From positions 35,333 through 99,332 of the forward strand of contig NIVC01003410.1 in NCBI GenBank assembly GCA_002269645.1: a stretch of 64,000 bases of DNA. Direction: 5' to 3'. The stretch comes from Macrostomum lignano (Eukaryota). Each line of letters opens with the position of its first letter. Position 1 is the first letter of the stretch. Position numbers and translations under genes: made by a program. Shown here piece by piece: positions 14,801 to 26,686 of this stretch. The notes beneath the pieces were generated by a model. It was not told where the DNA came from, did not search any database, and worked only from the letters and a program-made list of their open reading frames with translations.

Positions 14801-16953
14801 CTCTTATCTTCTTTCTCCTATCTACTCTCTTTCTCTCTACTGTCGACTCTCCTCTCTACCCATTCATCTTTATCTCTACTCTCTTATCTCTCTTCTCTTA
14901 TTTCTAATAGGTACTCTCTTACCTATCATCTCTCCTCTCCCCTCTAGCTCTTCTGTCCTCTCCTCTATTCTCTGTTTTCTTTCTCTCTCTCCCTTCAACT
15001 CTCTCATGCTCTCTCTCAATCTCATGTTTTATCACCTTTTCTCTCTATCCCCTTTAATTTCCTCACTTATCTGGCCTGCAGCCATGACAGGAGCTGGATT
15101 CTCTATTGGGCCCTCGAGGTAACAAAATGTAAGTCGCAAGTCTCCAGAGAGTAGCAGGGTGATACCCATTAAGCTGGTTGTTTAGGCACAGATCCTATAG
15201 CATACATGCGCAACTGCTGGCCGACCTGGCCCACATAAATTGTGGTGGAACAAGGGTAAGTCACGAAAATGCCCACTCCAAAGAATAGGCGTAGTACTAA
15301 TTAGATGACAGAGGCATTTAGCCGTTATAAGACAGTCATAGATACTCCTGCCGTTTACCCAAAATTGCATTAATTTTGCTTTAGGGTTTCTTTTACAGGT
15401 AAGTTGCATTTATGGTCAAAAAATAAGTCGCATGGCCAGTGCAAATCAGGGGAGTTGCGCATGTATGTCCTATACCTATAGCATAAGCTCAAGTGATTGG
15501 AAAGTCAGTTTGTGGGACAAAATACTCTCAACTCAATCAGATAGTAGGACAGTGGTTAGAATTTCTCACTAAACTGTCATGGCTAAAGGTAGCCTCTCTA
15601 TGGGGATGCAAAAAGGGCTATAAAAAAGTTATTCCAAAAAACTATACATTTGCTATGTACATTCAGCCCTATCGCCTGACCCTTAGTGTGTGGGGATGAT
15701 TGAGTACCACAGACAACAGAAGAAGCAAACAAACTTTATATGCTTATTGTTTCTGTCCTGATTGAATTATAGAGCTGAGACTTTCCATTTAGACAGAGAA
15801 TAAGTTATTAAAGAATTTTTTTAAATTTGAGGTCAATTGCTTTATATGGAGCAAGCTTATGGCAGCCGAAATTTAGTCAATTTTGAAACCCTTTTTTACA
15901 CATCTCACCAAAGAAGGGAAAAAGAAAGAGAGAAAGGCAGAGGTTAGGGTGGTTGCTATGCTAACAAGCAGACTAACTTTTAAAGTGCATAGCACCATTC
16001 AAGATTAACTTTGAGACTTGAAATTTTACATAATTGAATCAAAACAGTTGTTAGATAAGAAGGTTTTGAATTTTGAGATAGCCTAAGACATTTTCTCTAG
16101 AGTGACTTTAGGGTAGGTGAAGGTTGGTATAATTTGGTCTATACTATCAAACAAATTTGTATAGACATAGACAAACAAACAGAGTTTTTATTTTTATAGG
16201 TATATATTTTCATTTGTATTTGTATAATAACTAATTATATGTCATCATTTTTATACAATATAAAAAAGCTTAGACTTACTAAATTTTATATAAAAAATAT
16301 AAAATTTATAAAAATTAGGGGCCTTGCAAGTATTTAACAAGAAATTAAAAGGTAAAACTAAGTTCTAGCATAAAAAATTAGGCCTAATGTAAGACATGTC
16401 TTATGTTATTTAATATGAAATGCTAAGTCTAAAAACTAAAAGAAACTATTTTTTCAATTCTAAACAAAGATTTATTCACAAGGCCCATCTATTTAAATTT
16501 TATACATTTAAAATTTTGACCAAATTTCAAAAATTCCCTGGCCAGAAAACAACTTTAAATATTTAGAATAGATTTATATATCTAGGCCTAGTATAGGCCT
16601 AACAGGAAATATAGGATATGGCACACCATTCAAGGAAAGGGTAAAAGTAATTGCACAGAGTACACTATCTGGATTGCATTGCACATTTATTCATTCCTTG
16701 TTATATATTATATTAATTTTACATTTAGCCCGATTTAGGCCTATTATTTTACTCACCTGTACTGCTTTTTATCTGCTTCACTGATAATAAACTGATCGTA
16801 ATAGCTAAAGCTAAAAAATTCTCTCCCATTGGCACTATCTGTTTTTGACAATGCAGGATCGTTTTCACTTCTTTGACCTTGAGTTGATTCACTGCTGTGC
16901 TGTTCATCATCGGCCATAGAAACTGAACTTTCCAGTTTCTCTTCCTGACTCAT
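2598..16953 (-). CDS. NRDC: Nardilysin (M16A metallopeptidase), 16 exons, about 1120 aa
   Basis: Exons (minus strand): 16953-16757, 13767-13556, 13030-12690, 12014-11720, 11199-10511, 10175-9982, 9234-9144, 9035-8984, 7770-7687, 6287-6218, 6114-5969, 5094-4935, 4840-4772, 4418-4272, 3866-3468, 2813-2598. It has the inverted zinc motif [12 protein letters not shown], an N-terminal acidic Asp/Ser stretch (nardilysin-like rather than IDE-like), and the motifs [34 protein letters not shown] and AYAANEAGL. All phases agree except one missing base in exon 6. Confidence 0.9.
2870..3390. repeat. About 22-bp minisatellite (TGGATGAGTAGATATGATTCTC), last nardilysin intron
   Basis: Tandem units seen directly. 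Confidence 0.9.
3915..4195. repeat. About 21-bp degenerate minisatellite (GGATTAGCGGTAGGATCAACC)
   Basis: Tandem units, intronic. Confidence 0.85.
5200..5905. repeat. Polypurine (GA-only) tandem repeat, intronic
   Basis: GAGAGGGGAGAAGG-type units; explains the LSP/GER ORFs. Confidence 0.95.
6490..7440. repeat. 20-bp minisatellite (ACACCATTCCCCTCCCTCTC), intronic
   Basis: Tandem units. Confidence 0.95.
7830..8970. repeat. (GACA)n microsatellite with GAGA/GGCA interruptions, intronic
   Basis: Seen directly. Confidence 0.97.
9340..9955. repeat. 22-bp minisatellite (ATCCCCAAATCCCAACCATTTA), intronic
   Basis: Tandem units. Confidence 0.9.
11255..11700. repeat. Composite intronic array: reversed 28-bp family followed by an about 23-bp CACACAGTCTGACCCTAGCAA unit
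   Basis: Seen directly. Confidence 0.9.
12130..12650. repeat. 25-bp minisatellite (GGATCCCAGGTGTAGGATAAGGATG), intronic
   Basis: Tandem units. Confidence 0.9.
14090..15060. repeat. Degenerate polypyrimidine (CT-rich) tract, nardilysin intron 1
   Basis: Low complexity, seen directly. Confidence 0.9.
15201..15467. mobile_element. 267-bp MITE with CATACATGCGCAAC terminal inverted repeats (P-superfamily-like)
   Basis: 14-bp TIRs at 15201 and 15467. Flanks TCCTATAG / TCCTATAC form a 7/8 match to an 8-bp TSD. Same termini as the element at 49509-52239. Confidence 0.75.
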
Positions 16954-17615
16954 TGCGACAAATTAATAAGACTAATATATTCGAAATTTTAATTTCGTGT
17001 TTTCGAATGATTGGTTGTGACCCTGACCTGCGTGGAGACAATGCTAGGATGATGCGTGCGTACTGCGTACATACAAGCAGCTGCAGGCATCCGACATGCC
17101 GTGGTACAAGTTTAAAATAGTTTCGAAGAAAGAAGAGATTAACACATTGTATAATTAATAATAAGTAAGTAATGACCAAAGTAATAAACAAACAAAAGGG
17201 TAAATTTCTTTCTGCTCTGTTTTTTATATTCAGTTGCAATTAAAACTAATGCTTGTCAATAACTTCTCTTCTGTTCTGCAACTTTACAATCTAATCTGAA
17301 ATTTCTTTCAACTTAGCTGCTCTCTGTGAAATTTCAGTCTGCACAGCAAATCTAGCTGGTGAACAATATTTTTTTCAGATCTACACGCTCACTTACCATT
17401 TGAATTTTTTTGAGCGGGAAGTTGAAAGTTGAGTAAGTTGAAACTCGCTGCTTTTTGCACTGGAACGAGAGGAAAATAATTTACATGTAAGAAATAATTG
17501 GCCACGTACGCTACCTTTGCGCCCTAGTCAAAAGAATTCCCTTATGCACCAGTCCTTCCAGTGACTGTCTAAGCTTTTCCAATAGACACCTCGCATTGAG
17601 TCCCTTGAATTGGCC

Positions 17616-18900
17616 ATTGATTTACTTGACTTAGCTGCAGGGGGCTCCGTGCGTCCGGAAACAGCGAGGAGGCTTTGCCGCCCATTTCGCTAACCCTGGC
17701 GACCACGGGCAGCTAGTGCTGCGGTGTCGCACAGGGAGAGTTCAGGTGGTGCCGGTGTCCGCAGCGCGGTCCCCCTCCGGAGAGTCCAGGAGGTGGATTG
17801 TCGCTCGCCCGGTAGCCCTTAGGTAGCGGACGAGCTGGCAGAGATTCTCGGGCCTAAAAACGTCGGAGAGGTCCGGGTCAAGGACTACTTAAGAATTCTG
17901 CCAATATTTGCAAGTGTAACGTCATGTGTTCTTAAGTGGTCCTTGGTCCGGGTTCGGGCCGAGGTAGGTGAGCCTGACCTGAGTAAAGGCGGGGCATTCA
18001 CAGAATGAAGTGCTCCGCATTCTCGACACAGGAGAGGCAGAAAGGGCATTCCTCACTGCGGATTTTTCCCTGGAGGTGGCGATGCCTGGCAAAATGCCAT
18101 GACCCGATCGAGGGCCATGGTCACCGCCCTGATGTCCCTGCGGTTGAGTCCAAGCAGGGCCTTGCGCAGGGCGGAGGAAGGACAGGGGACTAGTACAGCC
18201 CGCAGTTGGGGGCGTTAGCCCACCTCTCCCTGTGCTTTGAAGCCACCAACTGGTTGATCCGAGTGGTGACAACGGCGATGGGGGTGGGGGCCACGGGCAG
18301 TGGACCAGTAAAAAAACCGGTCGAGCCAGCCTTGGCCAGGCGATCGGCCAACTCGTTGCCGGGGTGGCCCGAGTGCCCGGGGATCCATCTTAGGGACACC
18401 TTGTTGGAGGCGCCTAAGCGGTTGAGCTGCCCGATGCAGTCCAGGACTGTACGTGAGCAGGTGGTGGTGCGCTCAAGGGCGTGGATCGCCTCTTGACTGT
18501 CCGAGTGGAGGGTAATCTCCTTCCCCCAGACGCGCTGATTGTACAGCTCCATGGCGCAGAAGCTGATGGCGAGAACTCTGTTCTGGAAGACGGTGGAGCA
18601 GGTGCCGGTGTGTTGGGAGAAGGTCGCCACAGTTTTCCCTCCAGACACGATGCAGTAGCCGTAGCCAGAGGCGGAGTTGATTTGGGACCCGTCAGTGAAG
18701 CAGTGGATTTCACGGGATTTCCAGTTGTCCCTTGCTTCATGACATGGTTGAATGCTGGTTTTGAATTTGAGCGGAAGGCAGAGCGTGGACGGAATTCCGT
18801 CCGAGAGGGTCAGCAGGCCTCCCACTGCTTCCAGGTCTCGCAGGCTGAGGTCGCCGTGCGGCCGGAGGTGGATTGGCCATTGCTAGACAAGCTCAGTACA
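17616..18900 (-). mobile_element. 5'-truncated, frameshifted non-LTR retrotransposon fragment (RNase H plus CCHC knuckle; I/R1-group-like)
   Basis: RNase H motifs FTDGS, SDSQEA and [20 protein letters not shown] frameshifted zinc knuckle (EECPFCLSCVENAEHF.CECPAF) and the C-terminal [10 protein letters not shown] follow. Boundaries are approximate. Confidence 0.85.
17879..17945. mobile_element. 67-bp micro-MITE inserted in the retrotransposon ORF
   Basis: 17-bp TIRs CAAGGACTACTTAAGAA / TTCTTAAGTGGTCCTTG (1 mismatch) and a perfect 8-bp TSD GTCCGGGT at 17871-17878 and 17946-17953. Confidence 0.85.
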
Positions 18901-19965
18901 TGAAATGCCCCCAAATCTTTGCTCGGAATAGGATCGGAGCTAGATGTTGGGGGGGTCCCTGTCATTTGCGCAGAAATTTCTCCAGGAAACTGTAGTATAT
19001 AACAACAGGACGTAAAACTCAGACGTGTAGTTTTTAGGTGACCATTTTCTGAAAAAAATACACTGCAGAAATAGGAAAAAATCTCATGATTGCATTTGCT
19101 CTGGGCGGTAAGATATACCATTCTGTAATTTACATGTTAGCATGTACAACATGCTCATCTATTGTATTTTATTTATGAGATAGTTTTGTAGAGAAAGTTT
19201 CATTTTCATATCGTTTTCATTTTATTTCATAAGCCCAAGTCAAATTAATTAGTTGCAATTTTGAATACTCACAAGTGTAATTTTTTGTTTGATTGTTCCT
19301 TCTTGAATCCAAACTGAATCCAAGAATGAATAACCTCGCCTCAGGCGCCAAAACTGAGGATCCGGGATCCGGGGGCACCAAACTCCTGCGACCCTCTAAT
19401 TGTGAGGACGCTTTAATTTTAGGTCCCCTCACAACCGTGAATGGCTGAGGCAATTTCAGTTAATTCCGCTAGAATCCTGGCTCCTGATTCACTCACTCAT
19501 ACACACACTACTCACACAGGGTGTACACAGCGGGCCTGAATTTCTGATTTTCAGTCATGTACACTGAGGTTGGCCCTCATGGACGAGAATGGCGCGACAA
19601 CCGGACAAATGACGCGATCGAGAGCCAGACGAGTTTACAGCTGAGAGCTGCTCTGATGACCCGTGACGCGCCTTTGAATACATGCATGTACAGCTACGAA
19701 ACTCTGCAGCTGCAGTAGCGTGGGAAGAGATTTTTGTTGCAAACTATTTTTATTATTCATATTGCGGTTCACTAAAACATTGTTCTGGAGAGTCTACATA
19801 AAATAAAACCCATTCTTCGAAGGTTCTACAAAGCACACATAAGCGAATACACGTACTTATGCTGCAGTATTAACTACTTCTATCATTACAACGCTACACT
19901 GTTTAAGCCAATAAACGTTCACTGTTGCACCGATAGTAGTTCGGCAATACAGCAAGGCTGACTGC

Positions 19966-21231
19966 TCAATATCGAACGCCGTGGATTTTGTCCGCCAGCT
20001 TGAACAGTCCCTTGTTTGCCTCTTTCTTGAAGATTTTGTACGGAGCCTTCAGTACGGCGATCGCGACTCCTGCATGCAAATTTTTGGCATTCACTTGAGT
20101 TTTGAAATTTTACCTTTTACGTCTAACAGATGGCACCAGTGTCTAACAGCTGTGGTGTGTCTAACACCTGTGGTGTGTCTAACAGCTGTGGTGTGTCTAA
20201 CATGCAGCTCTTATGTGTCTAACAGCTGTGGTGTGTCTAACAGCTGTGGTGTGTCTAACATGCAGCTGTGGTGTGTCTAACAGCTGTGGTGTGTCTAACA
20301 GCTGTGGTGTGTCTAACAGCTGTGGTGTGTCTAACAGCTGTGGTGTGTCTAACAGCTGTGGTGTGTCTAACAGCTGTGGTGTGTCTAACAGCTGTGGTGT
20401 GTCTAACACCTGTGGTGTGTCTAACAGCTGTGGTGTGTCTAACATGCAGCTGTGGTGTGTCTAACAGCTGTGGTGTGTCTAACACCTGTGGTGTGTCTAA
20501 CAGCTGTGGTGCGTCTAACATGCAGCTCTTATGTGTCTAACAGCTGTGGTGTGTCTAACAGCTGTGGTGTGTCTAACAGCTGTGGTGTGTCTAACATGCA
20601 GCTGTGGTGTGTCTAACAGCTGTGGTGTGTCTAACAGCTGTGGTGTGTCTAACAGCTGTGGTGTGTCTAACAGCTGTGGTGTGTCTAACAGCTGTGGTGT
20701 GTCTAACATGCAGCTGTGGTGTGTCTAACAGCTGTGGTGTGTCTAACAGCTGTAATGTGTCTAACAGCTGTGGTGTGTCTAACAGCTGTGGTGTGTCTAA
20801 CAGCTGTAATGTGTCTAACAGCTGTGGTGTGTCTAACAGCTGTGGTGTGTCTAACAGCTGTGGTGTGTCTAACAGCTGTGGTGTGTCTAACAGCTGTGGT
20901 GTGTCTAACGGCTGTAATGTGTCTAACAGCTGTGGTGTGTCTAACAGCTTTGGTGTGTCTAACAGCTGTAATGTGTCTAACATGCAGCTGTGGTGTGTCC
21001 AACAGCTGTGTGTCTAACAGATCAGATGTCTCTAACAGCTGACATCAGAGTCTAACACTTGAGATAGCTATCTAACAGCTAGCACTGGAGTCTACTTGCG
21101 TGCAAATCTGTGCAAATAAAATTTTGGCGACATCCAAAAAACTTACTCTTTGGGCATCCGTCAGCCACTGAGGTGCTCATGATGACGAGACTAAGTGCTG
21201 CTATGATGAATAGAAACCGCCACATGCGCAT
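19966..21231 (-). CDS. Secreted cationic peptide A (62 aa; exons 21231-21147, 20069-19966)
   Basis: MRMWRFLFIIAALSLVIMSTSVADG-CPK|RVAIAVLKAPYKIFKKEANKGLFKLADKIHGVRY*. GTAAGT donor, CAG acceptor, phase 1; homologous to B, C and D. Confidence 0.85.
20125..21060. repeat. 19-bp minisatellite (AACAGCTGTGGTGTGTCTA) filling the intron of peptide A
   Basis: Tandem units. Confidence 0.95.
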
Positions 21232-21462
21232 GTCGATAGCGGGTTGAGCTGCTAAACTGCTCAATAGACAGCAGGATGACTTACTTGTTATTAAAATGGC
21301 TTGCGATGGCTATAAAATAGATGCATCAATTGCGCATCATATTTTGTAAGAACGCATTCCCAAGTTCTCAGTAATTCGTTCCTTAAAAGAATAAGTAATC
21401 TAACATATGATTGCTGTATCTCTATGGTCCAACCAGTTAACTTACACTACTCGGTTTTAAAA

Positions 21463-21640
<178 letters not shown>

Positions 21641-22105
21641 ATGTTAAATGCGGTTTAATCAGATGATTAGGAACGTTTCAGAAAATTTACTGTAAATGTC
21701 TAACTTTAAATAAATCTCGTTTAAAGTTAAGATGTAAATTCTTGTTTTTAGTTAAAAAATACTTTAAAAAATAGTTACACGTAACTTAAATATTTCCTTT
21801 CTTTTATATTTTTGTTTATTTAATGTTGTTAAAAACGAAATTCCCAAATTGCATTTTAAACAAAATAAAACTTGTAACCACTGTCGACATAGCGTCGTGT
21901 TGTCGTGTTTTAATGAAAAAAACAAAAAAATTTACTTCTACCAGTCATGCAAAAGGTTTCGCATTACCTAACACAGATTATTAATGGTTCACTCGAGTTT
22001 CTTACTACTCCAAGACAAAAATATAAATCTAAAAGTGCTACTTAAAGTAAGCAATAAGAGCACGTAGTCAGAAAATATTTGAATTTAACAAATAAGTGTT
22101 GCAAT

Positions 22106-23876
22106 CTACCTGCCCATTGCCTGCTTCATAGCTTTTTTGGCGGCTTCTTTTTCTACTTTATTCTTCACTTTGTCCAGACCGCTCATCACTTTGTTCAAGT
22201 TCTCCACTTTCTTACTCTGGGGCGGCACCTTACCCGGCAGCTGACCCGACCGCGCCAGGCCGTGCTTGTTAACAGCTTTGGCTGTGGCCTTGTTGGCTGC
22301 CGCCTCCGCCATGCGCTGGGTGGTGGCAGCGACAGTGTTCCTGCCGGGGTCGTGGATTTTGTCAGCCAGCTGGTACAGCTTCTTGTTAACGAACCTTTGG
22401 CCGCCTTTAAATGAACTCTTAACAATTGACTTGGTTAAAGCTGCAATTGAGATTAGTGTCAGTCTGTTAGCGTTTTCTGAGTGTCAAATTCTCACGCGAG
22501 CTCATAACATTTTTTTCTAAACATCAGTTCGCGTCAGCTTGTGTCAGTTCGCGTCAGTTTGTGTCAGTTCGCGTCAGTTTGTGTCAGTTCATGTCAGTTT
22601 GTGTCAGTTCATGTCAGTTTGTGTCAGTTCACATCACTTTGTGTCAGTTCATGTCAGTTTGTGTCAGTTCATGTCAGTTTGTGTCAGTTCATGTCAGTTT
22701 GTGTCAGTTCATGTCAGTTTGTGTCAGTTCATGTCAGTTTGTGTCAGTTCATGTCAGTTTGTGTCAGTTCGCGTCAGTTTGTGTCAGTTTGCGTCAGTTT
22801 GTGTCAGTTCGCGTCAGTTTGTGTCAGTTCATGTCAGTTTGTGTCAGTTCATGTCAGTTTGTGTCAGTTCATGTCAGTTTGTGTCAGTTCGCGTCAGTTT
22901 GTGTCAGTTCGCGTCAGTTTGTGTCAGTTCATGTCAGTTTGTGTCAGTTTATGTCAGTTTGTGTCAGTTCATGTCAGTTTGTGTCAGTTCGCGTCAGTTT
23001 GTGTCAGTTCATGTCAGTTTGTGTCAGTTCATGTCAGTTTGTGTCAGTTCATGTCAGTTTGTGTCAGTTCATGTCAGTTTGTGTCAGTTCGCGTCAGTTT
23101 GTGTCAGTTCGCGTCAGTTTGTGTCAGTTCATGTCAGTTTGTGTCAGTTCATGTCAGTTTGTGTCAGTTCATGTCAGTTTGTGTCAGTTCATGTCAGTTT
23201 GTGTCAGTTCATGTCAGTTTGTGTCAGTTCATGTCAGTTTGTGTCAGTTCGCGTCAGTTTGTGTCAGTTCATGTCAGTTTGTGTCAGTTCATGTCAGTTT
23301 GTGTCAGTTCATGTCAGTTTGTGTCAGTTCGCGTCAGTTTGTGTCAGTTCATGTCAGTTTGTGTCAGTTCGCGTCAGTTTGTGTCAGTTCATGTCAGTTT
23401 GTGTCAGTTCATGTCAGTTTGTGTCAGTTCATGTCAGTTTGTGTCAGTTCATGTCAGTTTGTGTCAGTTCGCGTCAGTTTGTGTCAGTTCATGTCAGTTT
23501 GTGTCAGTTCATGTCAGTTTGTGTCAGTTCATGTCAGTTTGTGTCAGTTCGCGTCAGTTTGTGTCAGTTCATGTCAGTTTGTGTCAGTTCGCGTCAGTTT
23601 GTGTCGGTAAAAGAAGTTTTGTGTCAGCTCATTACATTTTGTGTCAGCTTATTAAACTTTGTGTCAGCTCATTACATTTTGTGTCAGCTCATTTAATTTT
23701 GTGTCAGCTCAATAAACTTTGTATCAGCTAGCTCATTACATTTTGTGTAAAAAATGGTTTGTTAAAATTTAATAAATAAGCTTACAGATGGGACATCCGT
23801 GTCCCAAATCCACCAGTTGAGAAGCTGTTAAGAGAACAGTGAGCACTGCGATAAAGTGCTTCAAGTTCGTACTCAT
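22106..23876 (-). CDS. Secreted cationic peptide B (141 aa; exons 23876-23786, 22440-22106)
   Basis: MSTNLKHFIAVLTVLLTASQLVDLGHG-CPI|SLTKSIVKSSFKGGQRFVNKKLYQLADKIHDPGRNTVAATTQRMAEAAANK...KAMKQAMGR*. GTAAGC donor, CTAAT...TTGCAG acceptor, phase 1. Confidence 0.85.
22520..23740. repeat. 10/20-bp minisatellite (GTGTCAGTTCATGTCAGTTT) in the intron of peptide B
   Basis: Tandem units; explains the CVS/CQF ORFs. Confidence 0.95.
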
Positions 23877-24519
23877 TGGAACCAACTCGCGGCTTGAGTT
23901 ATTCAGTGACAGCAACCAGCACCCATTTATTTGGTTTGATCAATTAGTTTGACGACAAATAAACTCGTGTGCTTAAAAAACTAGTCTAAAATGGCTGAGA
24001 GTCTAAATCAAGACTTCTCATGCATATTCCACCTGGTTGAAGAATTTGAAACAGGTAGGTTTAACCATAGACGAAACAATTGACTCGCCAATGCTCACTA
24101 TGAGGCTTTCAAATATAGCTTTTTTGGTTAATAACACTGAGACAATTAAAGAGAAAGTAAAATATGATTTACAACAGCTTTTGATTAATAAAATTAAACA
24201 TTTAAGTGCACCTTTATATTTAATAAATAATTTGGACCTGACAAAGTATTTAAAAAATATACTTTCGAAAACCTTTTGGCATGTACCTATTGAGATAGGC
24301 TTAAATGGAAATTCACTCTTGTTTTTTGGCACCTAGAAGTTTTACGGGACAGTCATCGCAAAAAGTTACTTCAGTGATGCGCTTCTGAAATATCTGACTG
24401 GCATGCAGCTGAAGAGTGTTTTACACCGAGTGTACTACAGTGTTGAAGTTCTCTGACTATTAGGTTAGAGTTGTAAGACTAGGATGTCCCAGGATTGTGG
24501 TGGTTATATAGGTTTTGAG

Positions 24520-26530
24520 GTTGTGGAGTTTAGGGGTTGTGGAGTTTAGGGGTTGTGAAGTTTAGGGGTTATGTAGTTTAGGGGTTGTGTAGTTTAGGGG
24601 TTGTGTAGTTTAGGGGTTGTGTAGTTTAGTAGTTGTGTAGTTTAGGGGTTGTGTAGTTTAGGAGTTGTGGAGTTTAGAGGTTGTGTAGTTTAGGGGTTGT
24701 GTAGTTTAGGGGTTGTGTAGTTTAGGGGTTGTGTAGTTTAGGAGTTGTGTAGTTTAGGGGTTGTGGAGTTTAAGGGTTGTGTAGTTTAGAGGTTGTGTAG
24801 TTTAGGGGTTGTGTAGTTTAGGGGTTGTGTAGTTTAGGAGTTGTGTAGTTTAGGGGTTGTGTAGTTTAGGAGTTGTGGAGTTTAGGGGTTGTGAAGTTTA
24901 GGGGTTGTGGAGTTTAAGGGTTGTGAAGTTTAGGGGTTGTGTAGTTTAGGAGTTGTGGAGTTTAGGGTTTGTGAAGTTTAGGGGTTGTGTAGTTTAGGGG
25001 TTGTGGAGTTTAGGGGTTGTGTAGTTTGGGGTTTGTGAAGTTTAGGGGTTGTTGAGTTTAGGGGTTGTGGAGTTTAGGGGTTGTGTAGTTTAGGGGTTGT
25101 GTAGTTTAGGAGTTGTGTAGTTTAGGGGTTGTGTAGTTTAGGAGTTGTGGAGTTTAGAGGTTGTGTAGTTTAGGGGTTGTGTAGTTTAGGGGTTGTGTAG
25201 TTTAGGAGTTGTGTAGTTTAGGGGTTGTGGAGTTTAAGGGTTGTGTAGTTTAGAGGTTGTGTAGTTTAGGGGTTGTGTAGTTTAGGGGTTGTGTAGTTTA
25301 GGAGTTGTGTAGTTTAGGGGTTGTGTAGTTTAGGAGTTGTGGAGTTTAGGGTTTGTGAAGTTTAGGGGTTGTGGAGTTTAAGGGTTGTGAAGTTTAGGGG
25401 TTGTGAAGTTTAGGGGTTGTGGAGTTTAGGGTTTGTGAAGTTTAGGGGTTGTGTAGTTTAGGGGTTGTGGAGTTTAGGGGTTGTGTAGTTTGGGGTTTGT
25501 GAAGTTTAGGGGTTGTTGAGTTTAGGGGTTGTGGAGTTTAGGGGTTGTGTAGTTTAGGAGTTGTGTAGCTTAGGGGTTGTGTAGTTTAGGAGTTGTGTAG
25601 TTTAGGGGTTGTGTAGTTTAGGGGTTTTGTAGTTTAGGGGTTGTGTAGTTTAGAGGTTGTGTAGTTTAGGGGTTGTGTAGTTTAGGGGTTGTGTAGTTTA
25701 GGGGTTGTGTAGTTTAGGGGTTGTGTAGTTTAGGGTTTGTGAAGTTTAGGGGTTGTGTAATTTAGGGGTTGTGTAGTTTAGGGGTTGTGTAGTTTAGGAG
25801 TTGTGTAGTTTAGGGGTTGTGTAGTTTAGGAGTTGTGTAGTTTAGGGTTTGTGAAGTTTAGGGGTTGTGGAGTTTAAGGGTTGTGAAGTTTAGGGGTTGT
25901 GAAGTTTAGGGGTTGTGGAGTTTAGGGTTTGTGTAGTTTAGGGGTTGTGTAGTTTAGGGGTTTTGGAGTTTAGGGGTTGTGTAGTTTAGGGTTTGTGAAG
26001 TTTAGGGGTTGTGGAGTTTAGGGGTTGTGGAGTTTAGGAGTTGTGTAGTTTAGGAGTTGTGTAGTTTAGGGGTTGTGTAGTTTAGGAGTTGTGTAGCTTA
26101 GGGGTTGTGTAGTTTAGGGGTTGTGTAGTTTAGGGGTTGTGTAGTTTAGGGGTTGTGTAGTTTAGAGGTTGTGTAGTTTAGGGGTTGTGTAGTTTAGGGG
26201 TTGTGTAGTTTAGGAGTTGTGTAGTTTAGGGGTTGTGTAGTTTAGGGGTTGTGTAGTTTAGGGGTTGTGTAGTTTAGGGGTTGTGTAGTTTAGGGGTTGT
26301 GTAGTTTAGGGGTTGTGTAGTTTAGGGGTTGTGTAGTTTAGGAGTTGTGTAGTTTAGGGGTTTTGTAGTTTAGGGGTTGTGTAGTTTAGAGGTTGTGTAG
26401 TTTAGGGGCTGTGGAGTTTAGGGGTTGTGTAGTTTAGGGGTTGTGTAGTTTAGGGGTTGTGTAGTTTAGGGGTTGTGTAGTTTAGGGGTTGTGGAGTTTA
26501 GGGGTTGTGTAGTTTAGGAGTTGTGGAGTT
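24520..26530. repeat. 16-bp telomere-like minisatellite (GTAGTTTAGGGGTTGT)
   Basis: About 2 kb of G/T-rich tandem units, most containing TTAGGG. Confidence 0.95.
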
Positions 26531-26686
26531 CAGCAGTAGCTGAGGTCGCACACGTTCGCACTGATCAGCTGACCGCAACTACTCAAACAACCCAGTAGAC
26601 GCTCGATGTCCAAAGGCTGTTGCCGAAGCAGCCGCAAAAGTGGAATAATAAAAACGCAGTGAACTCCAGTCTGCAAGGCTTTGTTC

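Noticed and set aside
24018-24336. Overlapping AT-rich ORFs on both strands
   Set aside because: No recognisable motif or splice context; possibly decayed coding sequence but unsupported.
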